Shown one piece after another: positions 26,311 to 32,264 of a stretch of DNA of 32,264 bases. The stretch is taken from positions 11,057 to 43,320 of the forward strand of contig DICP01000018.1 in the NCBI GenBank assembly GCA_002417685.1. Reading direction: 5' to 3'. The translations under genes and the position numbers were made by a program. How positions within the stretch are numbered: position 1 is the first letter of the stretch; every line of letters begins with the position of its first letter. The stretch is from Candidatus Mesolinea sp. UBA5823 (GTDB lineage Bacteria; Chloroflexota; Anaerolineae; Anaerolineales; Anaerolineaceae). Under the pieces are notes generated by a model. That model was given only the letters and a program-made list of their open reading frames with translations, made no database searches and was not told the origin of the DNA.

Positions 26311-27342
26311 CTAGTATCCGCTGAGGACGTCCACACGGGTACCAGTTTCTTCAATGTGATAAGGCTCATCAAATGGAACCACTGGAGTCGTCCAACGGTA
26401 AATCCACTTGGCATCCTCCGGGGTCATTTCAATGCAGCCATGGCTCATGGGCTTGCCCCAATTGGCATGCCAATAGGATCCATGAAAGGCAATGCCTTTG
26501 AGTGTGAGATAACTTACCCAAGGAACGCCAGGAAAATCATAATCCATCTTTGGGTTTCCTGAAACTAAATACATACGCCGCGAAGGGCGTTTACGGTTGG
26601 TCAAAAAAGTCCCTGTGGGTGTAAATGTCGCGGGAAGTCCTGACGAAATAAGCGTAGAGAATACCTCACGATTGGATTCGAGAGCTATTGCACGCTGAAC
26701 TCGCAAATCCACTAAGATGCGCTTCTGATCAGGGGGCACTTCTGCTGAAAGTGGCGCGATTTCCTCAGGATTCATCAAGTGCACAGCATAAGCGCGGACA
26801 AAATATGGTATTCCGTTGATTTCGTCAGGGAGTTCGTACCAAGGGACACCAAATTCATCCATTACGCGCGTTTTGACCCAAAATGTGGAGCCGTAGTAAT
26901 AACGCCGGCGAGTTTTCTGTACGCGAGGTTGAAGGTAAACATCAATCGCTGGCACGGTAATTTCTCCCAAGCTTCCAATAGCTTGGATTGGTTCCTGGCT
27001 CACGTTACGTCGGTTTTCTACCACTTGGATGAAAGCTGAGCGCACATATTCCCCATCTGCTACCCGATACCAAGTTTCGCCCTGGTTAGCTTCCTCTGTT
27101 TGCTTAATTGTTTCTATTATGGGGATAATTTGGTCGAACTTCAGGCTATAGCAACGCCGTGCGTTTTGGTTGGGTTCGGCAAATACAGGCCAACCCTCCT
27201 GGGCAACACGTCCTAACTTAATTTTACTTTCATTTACGAGTGCTTTCGAAAAGGAAAAACTTGGTATAGCTGCCGATAACACTCCTACACTGCAAAGCTT
27301 CAAAAAATTTCGACGCGTCAGCCTTAGTTTTGGGGAGTTCAT
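26311..27342 (-). CDS. L,D-transpeptidase (YkuD domain) with a Tat-like signal
   Basis: The catalytic motif is [45 protein letters not shown] resembles a twin-arginine signal. I place the start at ATG 27342, which gives a TGATG overlap with the upstream stop. The listed 27393 start would overlap the upstream gene by 52 nt. Confidence 0.85.
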   Translation of the reverse strand: MNSPKLRLTRRNFLKLCSVGVLSAAIPSFSFSKALVNESKIKLGRVAQEGWPVFAEPNQNARRCYSLKFDQIIPIIETIKQTEEANQGETWYRVADGEYVRSAFIQVVENRRNVSQEPIQAIGSLGEITVPAIDVYLQPRVQKTRRRYYYGSTFWVKTRVMDEFGVPWYELPDEINGIPYFVRAYAVHLMNPEEIAPLSAEVPPDQKRILVDLRVQRAIALESNREVFSTLISSGLPATFTPTGTFLTNRKRPSRRMYLVSGNPKMDYDFPGVPWVSYLTLKGIAFHGSYWHANWGKPMSHGCIEMTPEDAKWIYRWTTPVVPFDEPYHIEETGTRVDVLSGY

Positions 27343-28376
27343 CAATAATGAATATATACCATTATTCCAACGTAAGACCAATAGTACAGCCACTCAGCAT
27401 CGCTCGTTTCCATATTGATGCAGCCATGGCTCATGAGTTGACCAAAATTGTTATGCCAGTAGGTTCCGTGGATGCCATAATCATTATAAAAATACATGGT
27501 ATAAGGCACATCGGGTAAATAATAACCTGGGCCAGTCATGTCAGCATAAAGATACTTTACATATACGTAATATGTTCCTGTAACGGTAGGTGTATCCGGT
27601 AAACCTGTGGAAACCAGGAAGGATGCCACCACCGTATCATCCACATAGGCATAAAGCATTTGTTGGCTCAAGTTTACATCAATCCACTTAGTGCCACTCG
27701 GATCAGGCAGATCTTCTGGGGGATCCTCCTCCTCAGCCACATACGTCACGGTCACCTGAGGGACCTCTGTGGGTGTATGCGTAGACGTTGGGGTTGGCGT
27801 AGGTGTCTGTGTCTGGGTTGGGGTTGGCGTGGGTGTGAGCGTGGGGGTCAGCGTTACCGTCGGAGTGGGGGTATTAGTGGGTGTCAAGCTGGGCTTGACC
27901 AAGCCAGAAGGATCATAGCGAGCAAACTGCCAGCCAGATTGCGCAGCTGGAGAGAGGAAAGCACCCATCGTGTGCAACTGCATAACCAAGAAGCACACAA
28001 CCACAATGATCAAGGGGATGAGCAAGTTTAGTTTATGCCGCGTCAGGCTGGCGGCGTCAATTTCAGGCATGGCGACCAGCGCGGCTGCTTCGGGCTGCCA
28101 GCGGGCAAGATTGCTTTCACGTAGCTGCTGGGAGACCCAGTGCATAGCTTCCCGCGCAGTTGCGTTCTGGGGGTCCAAATCCAGCACGCGCGTGAGGTAG
28201 CCCAAACTTTCCTCTGGAGCAGAAACTCCCGCCAAAATCAGCAAAGCATCGATGTTATTTGCATCCTCGGCAAGCACGCGTTCAGCTATGCTCTTAGCGT
28301 GCAGCAAGTCGCCTTGCAAAATTGCTTGTTTGGCTCGTGAGATTTGGTCTTCGAAGCTTGTGGGGGTGTTTTGCAT
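27342..28376 (-). CDS. Membrane-anchored L,D-transpeptidase: cytoplasmic TPR-like segment, TM helix, Pro/Thr linker and YkuD domain
   Basis: N-terminal ...[30 protein letters not shown].... TM helix [18 protein letters not shown] 42-aa PT linker. YkuD motif [20 protein letters not shown]. Confidence 0.85.
   Translation of the reverse strand: MQNTPTSFEDQISRAKQAILQGDLLHAKSIAERVLAEDANNIDALLILAGVSAPEESLGYLTRVLDLDPQNATAREAMHWVSQQLRESNLARWQPEAAALVAMPEIDAASLTRHKLNLLIPLIIVVVCFLVMQLHTMGAFLSPAAQSGWQFARYDPSGLVKPSLTPTNTPTPTVTLTPTLTPTPTPTQTQTPTPTPTSTHTPTEVPQVTVTYVAEEEDPPEDLPDPSGTKWIDVNLSQQMLYAYVDDTVVASFLVSTGLPDTPTVTGTYYVYVKYLYADMTGPGYYLPDVPYTMYFYNDYGIHGTYWHNNFGQLMSHGCINMETSDAEWLYYWSYVGIMVYIHY
27765..27890 (-). 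repeat. Low-complexity (ACN-CCN)n tract encoding the Pro/Thr linker
   Basis: The + strand reads gttggggttggcgtaggtgtctgtgtctgggttggggttggcgtgggtgtgagcgtggggg.... It encodes residues 163-204, [40 protein letters not shown]. Confidence 0.8.
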
Positions 28377-28379
28377 AGA

Positions 28380-29255
28380 TTATGGCTCTATTGTGGGCGT
28401 GGGGGTTGCGCTCACACCTTCATTGTTGAGGTAGCATTGAATCCCTGCCACGATGCCATCCGCTATTAGTTCGGGTTTCTTGGTCAGGATCTCTTGGTCC
28501 AAGTTCAAAAAGCCCGTTTCGATAATTGCTGCAGTGGTTAGTGGATCAATTTCAGTAAAAGCGTGATAAGAAGTCATATCGACGGTCACAGTATGATAGT
28601 TATATTGCAATCCCGTAATTTTTTGGTAGCGATCTGCCATACAGGCAACTAAACGGGTGGCATTATCCGCTTTGGTTTCTGAGAGTGCAGCCGCAATCTT
28701 GAAGCCAGTCGCAGAATCGGAATAATACTCACATGAATCTGCATGGATAGAAAGCAGCAAGACAGCTTGATAGCCAACTAAGCGCGGGTCAAACTCATCC
28801 AAGAGCTCTACCTCATATCCTAAATCGGTGAGCTTTTTCTGCACAAAGGATGCTATCGTGCTGTTGACTTCCAGCTCAGTCAATCCATTGGCACACACTG
28901 CTCCACTATCGTTCCCACGGTGCCCAACCACGATGCCAATCTTATTCACTGGGAAGCCTTCGGGCAGCAAACCAGCAGCCATTTGGGTCTGATCAGCTGC
29001 GCTGCTTTGGGCTAAAGCTTCAGCTAAGCGTTCCTGCAAGCTGCTCGAAAACAAACTGGCGGGCGTCCAAATCGTAAAGAGTGTAGCAAGGAGAGCAGCG
29101 CCTGCTAAAATCACGCGCAAAGTTTGCCAAGTTAGGCTCTGCGGAGGTATTGGCTTGTGCTCTTTTTTCACTTTCTCTTCGGTAAACGTCTCCATGACAG
29201 GGCGTTTTTCCTTATTATCAGGCGTTTCTTCCCTCATGCTCATGCTTTTGCTCAT
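28380..29255 (-). CDS. N-acetylmuramoyl-L-alanine amidase (Amidase_3 type), membrane anchored
   Basis: TM helix ILAGAALLATLFTIW. The Amidase_3 blocks are IGIVVGHRGNDSGAVC, LTELEVNSTIA and AVLLLSIHADS. It ends 3 nt before the next gene. Confidence 0.8.
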   Translation of the reverse strand: MSKSMSMREETPDNKEKRPVMETFTEEKVKKEHKPIPPQSLTWQTLRVILAGAALLATLFTIWTPASLFSSSLQERLAEALAQSSAADQTQMAAGLLPEGFPVNKIGIVVGHRGNDSGAVCANGLTELEVNSTIASFVQKKLTDLGYEVELLDEFDPRLVGYQAVLLLSIHADSCEYYSDSATGFKIAAALSETKADNATRLVACMADRYQKITGLQYNYHTVTVDMTSYHAFTEIDPLTTAAIIETGFLNLDQEILTKKPELIADGIVAGIQCYLNNEGVSATPTPTIEP

Positions 29256-29330
29256 AGTTTAATCTTACCTTATCTCGTTTAATTTATGGTTAAGAATAGA
29301 CTTTTAATTTAAGCCTTACTATAATTAAGA

Positions 29331-29954
29331 ATGACCCATAAAAGAACGGTCGAAAGGATTGGTGCAATTCCTATGCCACAGCCATTAACCCGTGAAGAAC
29401 AAAATATTCTCCTTAACATTGCTGCGGATGCAGTCTACGCTGCTGCTCATCGCCAGCAGCCACCAAGAATTGACCTTGCCAGTCTACCACCAGCACTGCA
29501 GCAAAATGGTGCCAGCTTCGTCACCCTTACCAAGCATGGTCAGCTACGTGGATGCATTGGCAGCTTGCAAGCCTATCAACCCCTCGCACTTGACGTACAA
29601 GAGCGTGCTGTACAGGCTGCGGTGGAAGATCCTCGCTTTCCTCCTCTGCGTCCAGAGGAACTCCCTGCGATTGAAATCGAGGTATCCCGCCTGACCGAAC
29701 CAATGCCCTTGCATTATGATCGACCCGAAGACCTGCCCAAAGCGCTGCATCCACGCGTAGATGGCGTCATCTTGCAAGATGGTTTCCGCCGAGCTACATT
29801 TCTCCCCCAGGTTTGGGATGAGCTGCCAGACCCTGAAGAATTCCTCAGCCACTTGTGTATGAAAATGGGTGCGCATCCTGACCTCTGGCGCAGGAAGATG
29901 TTGAATGTGCAGGTTTATCACGTCGAGGAGTTTAAAACAAAACCGGAGTGGTAA
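29331..29954 (+). CDS. AMMECR1-domain protein
   Basis: GASFVTLTKHGQLRGCIGSL is the signature LRGCIG motif, and DPRFPPL is also present. ATG 29373 (MPQPLTREEQ) is an alternative start. Confidence 0.85.
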   Translation: MTHKRTVERIGAIPMPQPLTREEQNILLNIAADAVYAAAHRQQPPRIDLASLPPALQQNGASFVTLTKHGQLRGCIGSLQAYQPLALDVQERAVQAAVEDPRFPPLRPEELPAIEIEVSRLTEPMPLHYDRPEDLPKALHPRVDGVILQDGFRRATFLPQVWDELPDPEEFLSHLCMKMGAHPDLWRRKMLNVQVYHVEEFKTKPEW

Positions 29955-29965
29955 ATCCACTCCGG
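29934..29965 (-). terminator. Intrinsic terminator for the minus-strand membrane-protein gene; its hairpin overlaps the AMMECR1 stop codon
   Basis: ccggagtgg-taaat-ccactccgg is a 9-bp perfect stem at 29943-29965. On the minus strand it is followed by ttttgtttt (29934-29942). The AMMECR1 TAA (29952-29954) lies in the loop. Confidence 0.65.
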
Positions 29966-29987
29966 CATATTGCAGCTATTACCAGAA

Positions 29988-30758
29988 TTAAGCTTCGACA
30001 TCTGGTGGTTCTGAAGGAGCGTCTGGCGGGGTTTCCGCAGGACCTTCCTCGGAGGAGGCTTCGATGGGTGCTTCTGTGCGTGTTTCAGCAGGGGTTTCAA
30101 CAACGGTTTCGATAACTTCAACTGCCGACTGTGAAACAGCATAAGCTTGGCCTTGCAGGTGAGCGACCATCAATTGAGAATACATCATTGTAAACAGGGC
30201 GCCGATGCCAAAAACAATCCCGCCAAGGGGCGCAATCATGCCGCCCAAGATAGAACCACCGATAACCAGCAGCCAGCTGGTGATATTTTTGGATAACATT
30301 CCAAAGATGTTCTTAAAATTGAAGCCTGCGGCAATATTGTCTTTTACCGCAATATTAGCTTGTACTACTGGCAAAAACAGCGCTAAAAAGATCGAATACG
30401 CAATCAAGAACATCACAAGTACCGCGATAGCAAACCCAGCAAGCACTCTGCTGAGATCATGCTGAATGAGGACAGCAAACATGCCAATCAGCCAAGCAAT
30501 AACGATGAAGATTAGCCCATAAAGCAGCATGACAACCACATACTTAAACCCTAAGGCTAAATCATCACCAAAATTGCAAATTGGTAAAGGTTGGTCAACA
30601 CGGTTGGCAACGTTACGGGTTACGCGCATCACGTAGCCAATGACAACAATCCAACCGACGATTGGGATGAGCCCAAACAAAATGGGAATAATAATCTTAT
30701 CAAACCATTTAGGGTCATCAAAGATATAAGTAAAAGCCTTTCCAAAATCAACTTGCAT
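29988..30758 (-). CDS. Multi-pass membrane protein, DUF4013-like, with an acidic Pro/Glu-rich C-terminal tail
   Basis: The N-terminus MQVDFGKAFTYIFDDPKWFDKIIIPILFGLIPIVGWIVVIGY matches my memory of the DUF4013 N-terminal motif. About 6 TM helices. The tail is ETVVETPAETRTEAPIEASSEEGPAETPPDAPSEPPDVEA. Confidence 0.6.
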   Translation of the reverse strand: MQVDFGKAFTYIFDDPKWFDKIIIPILFGLIPIVGWIVVIGYVMRVTRNVANRVDQPLPICNFGDDLALGFKYVVVMLLYGLIFIVIAWLIGMFAVLIQHDLSRVLAGFAIAVLVMFLIAYSIFLALFLPVVQANIAVKDNIAAGFNFKNIFGMLSKNITSWLLVIGGSILGGMIAPLGGIVFGIGALFTMMYSQLMVAHLQGQAYAVSQSAVEVIETVVETPAETRTEAPIEASSEEGPAETPPDAPSEPPDVEA

Positions 30759-30803
30759 TCTAAACCTCGTTTCCTTTGTATAGTTAGTAAAAAATGCCTA
30801 AGT

Positions 30804-31070
30804 TTATGCTTGAATAAATTCTTCAACGTTAAGCACAAATACGATGGCTTTCTTTTCTTTGCCTTCTTTATCAGTGACGCAATTTTCGCGTAAGATTTGC
30901 AACGCGCGTTCCAAGCGCTCATCTTCCACACCAATTAACAGAGTGCTGCGGCCGCTGCGGAGAAATCCGCCCGTTGATGCGATCATGGTCACCCGAAAGT
31001 TTTCACCCGTCAACATTCTGGAGACCCGGTCATTTTCTTCGTCATGGATGATAGCAATAATGAGTTTCAT
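30804..31070 (-). CDS. DarA/PstA-like PII-like protein (DUF970, cyclic-di-AMP receptor family), short loop-less paralogue
   Basis: MKLIIAIIHDEENDRVSRMLTGENFRVTMIASTGGFLRSGRSTLLIGVEDERLERALQILREN aligns residue for residue with B. subtilis YaaQ/DarA as I remember it. The long loop before the last strand is replaced by DKEGKEKK. Confidence 0.75.
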   Translation of the reverse strand: MKLIIAIIHDEENDRVSRMLTGENFRVTMIASTGGFLRSGRSTLLIGVEDERLERALQILRENCVTDKEGKEKKAIVFVLNVEEFIQA

Positions 31071-31072
31071 CG

Positions 31073-31417
31073 TTAAATCTCCTCAAAATGATCCAGGTCT
31101 AAAGAAAAAACATTAATTCCTCCCACAATTGTTTCAGCAATGAAGGGCATCGTCACAGTGGGGTTTTCCAGAGGCGTCGCCACAAAGCTGATGCGCTTTT
31201 TGCAAGTAGTAATCAGGATGTTCTTAACAGAGACGTAATTCTCGTCTGAGCAGCCAATTAAGAAGGTAACATTATGCTCGCGTAAGAACCCTCCGACGCT
31301 GGGAAGGTGGTAATAACTCACTTCAGCTTCATCCAATGCTTTTTCGAGCAGATCACAGTCAGCAGTTTGAATGACAGCTATCAGGAGCCGGTTTGCTTGG
31401 CTATCAATCTCATTCAT
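31073..31417 (-). CDS. DarA/PstA-like PII-like protein (DUF970 family), full-length paralogue
   Basis: LLIAVIQTADCDLLEKALDEAEVSYYHLPSVGGFLREHNVTFLIGCSDENYVSVKNIL, then the long loop ...RISFVATPLENPTVTMPFIAETIVGGINVFSL. AGGAGG RBS 8 nt upstream. It ends 2 nt before the next gene. Confidence 0.7.
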   Translation of the reverse strand: MNEIDSQANRLLIAVIQTADCDLLEKALDEAEVSYYHLPSVGGFLREHNVTFLIGCSDENYVSVKNILITTCKKRISFVATPLENPTVTMPFIAETIVGGINVFSLDLDHFEEI

Positions 31418-31487
31418 AATATTGCTACCTCCTTTCAGCTTTCTATGTTCATTTTATCCTAATTCAATGCAGTATTCAAATTACAAC

Positions 31488-31715
31488 GTGGAGGGTGTTG
31501 GAAGACATTGGTTAATCGATTACTTCCTAATACTTCAAAGTTAAGAAGTTCAATCTGCCCTCACCCTGCCCTCTCCCAGCTCCGAATCGCGTTCGTTTTT
31601 TAGCGTCAATCTGCTGGGAGAGCGTGATTCTAATGAAGGGTGGAGATATGCTTTTGGCATAATATTGCTATGTTATAAACTATTCGATTATTGACAACCT
31701 CCAACATCCTCACAC
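31488..31715. mobile_element. Candidate MITE-like element or IS fragment bounded by imperfect inverted repeats
   Basis: gtggagggtgttggaag (31488-31504) pairs with cctccaacatcctcacac (31698-31715); the core gagg[g/a]tgttgga[a/g]g matches 13 of 15. Inside is a perfect 10-bp inverted repeat, ctctcccagc (31571-31580) / gctgggagag (31613-31622). By a rough estimate the outer repeat is only modestly above chance. Confidence 0.3.
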
Positions 31716-31767
31716 AATTTTGGTTTCTTTGCCTGCTACGTTTCCGTTTGTGTCCGTGAAAAATGAA

Positions 31768-32073
31768 TTAGGAATGGTCGTGCCCGAATTTATCGAGAAA
31801 TTTTTTCAGGATATCGCGTTCCTCGCTGACTTTTGATATTTCCTTCTTTAAGCGGTGCATTTCTGCTTGAAGATTTTGATCGGTCATAGGTTCCAACCTG
31901 GCTGGCTCATTGCCACGTTGCACAACGATATACTTCCAGCTCCACTGGCTGAGTAATCCTGGTGTAATCCCTAGTTCGCGCTCAATTTGCACCGCAGGCT
32001 TACCGCTGCTATTCAGCATCTGCAATGCATGCAATTTGAACTCTGTCGAATAGGTGCGTCTTTTGCGGGTCAT
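31768..32073 (-). CDS. IS3-family transposase OrfA (HTH), orphan; no orfB follows
   Basis: MTRKRRTYSTEFKLHALQMLNSSGKPAVQIERELGITPGLLSQWSWKY...EERDILKK is the typical IS3/IS911-type OrfA, with an HTH and leucine zipper ending in DILKK. GAGG RBS 5 nt upstream of ATG 32073. An A6 run (ctgaaaaaat) is present, but the -1 frame stops after 4 codons. Confidence 0.8.
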   Translation of the reverse strand: MTRKRRTYSTEFKLHALQMLNSSGKPAVQIERELGITPGLLSQWSWKYIVVQRGNEPARLEPMTDQNLQAEMHRLKKEISKVSEERDILKKFLDKFGHDHS

Positions 32074-32116
32074 AGTAACCTCAACTTCTGAAACGACCAA
32101 ATTTAGATTTATCACA
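31768..32116 (-). mobile_element. Truncated IS3-family element (left end plus orfA only)
   Basis: The minus strand reads TGTGATAAATCTAAATTTGGTCG starting at 32116, 43 nt upstream of the orfA ATG. A TG start is typical of IS3-family ends. I found no matching right end and no orfB. Confidence 0.45.
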
Positions 32117-32141
32117 GTTATAAAGATATTCCGTAGGCATT

Positions 32142-32264
32142 TCACTCAAACCAATCCACCACCATATCTTCCAGGTCATCGAGGTCTACGTCTTCCTCGC
32201 TGACCACCTTACCAAGCACCGATTGGCCCGCCAAAATCACGCTTTTAACGTTGCCACTGCGTAA
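32142..32264 (-). CDS. 3' end of an unidentified CDS that starts outside the window
   Basis: The minus-strand frame is open from the window edge to TGA at 32142-32144: LRSGNVKSVILAGQSVLGKVVSEEDVDLDDLEDMVVDWFE*. It is too short to assign. Confidence 0.35.
   Translation of the reverse strand, partial: LRSGNVKSVILAGQSVLGKVVSEEDVDLDDLEDMVVDWFE

Noticed and set aside
27343-27393. Longer N-terminal extension of the L,D-transpeptidase ORF ([17 protein letters not shown]...)
   Set aside because: It would overlap the upstream gene by 52 nt. The ATG at 27342 gives a Tat-like signal at the very N-terminus and a TGATG coupling junction.
27660-28031. 123-aa + strand ORF rich in Gly/Arg/Trp; the similar ORF 8343..8534 (+) is rejected for the same reason
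   Set aside because: These are mirror images of the Pro/Thr-linker tracts on the opposite strand, so they are compositional artefacts.
29544-29960. 138-aa minus-strand ORF opposite AMMECR1
   Set aside because: The + strand frame carries the diagnostic LRGCIG motif. The antisense ORF would also run through the terminator hairpin.
32074-32145. 24-codon N-terminal extension of the IS3 orfA ORF (MKCLRNIFITVINLNLVVSEVEVT)
   Set aside because: IS3 OrfA proteins begin at the basic MTRKRR-type N-terminus. ATG 32073 has a GAGG RBS. The extension would also overlap the stop of the neighbouring partial CDS and the candidate IS end.
1-32264. Whole-window scan for CRISPR arrays, rRNA, tRNA, and defence or toxin-antitoxin style gene pairs
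   Set aside because: I saw no regularly spaced direct repeats, no rRNA-like or cloverleaf-compatible segments, and no nuclease, ATPase or HEPN-like ORFs. The only repeats are the in-frame coiled-coil units, the PT tracts and the IS-associated inverted repeats.

Overview
This 32.3-kb window has no rRNA, tRNA or CRISPR array that I could see. My guess is a Chloroflexota/Anaerolineae-like genome, based on Pro/Thr-rich linkers, many GTG/TTG starts and the gene content; I cannot verify this without a search.

Nt 1-22476 are almost entirely + strand and form a cell-envelope glycan locus. In order:
- The 3' end of rfbD (rmlD).
- A GT-B glycosyltransferase with a repeat-built coiled-coil tail, translationally coupled to an 826-aa GT2+GT4 fusion.
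- An AT-rich two-gene insert: a sulfatase-fold membrane transferase plus a small anchored protein.
- Two large polytopic membrane proteins.
- hom and folK, which look like housekeeping genes.
- A complete sulfate-activation operon (TauE-like permease, cysC, cysD, cysN) that would produce PAPS.
- A tightly overlapping six-gene operon: GT4, Wzx-like flippase, polysaccharide pyruvyl transferase and three GT4 genes in total, two of them tandem paralogues.

The right third contains:
- A lipoprotein.
- A strongly signalled secreted protein made of four ~110-aa internal repeats.
- A minus-strand peptidoglycan-remodelling operon (Amidase_3 plus two YkuD L,D-transpeptidases), followed by an unknown ORF and a thioredoxin-TPR protein.
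- AMMECR1.
- A DUF4013-like membrane protein.
- Two tandem DarA/PstA-like (cyclic-di-AMP receptor, PII-like) genes.
- IS3-family debris.

The most interesting hypothesis is a PAPS-fed pathway making a sulfated and pyruvylated glycan. I could not recognise its sulfotransferase, polymerase or initiating transferase. The cysN gene also carries a catalytically degenerate APS-kinase-like tail.

All product calls rest on motif recognition by eye. No database search was run.
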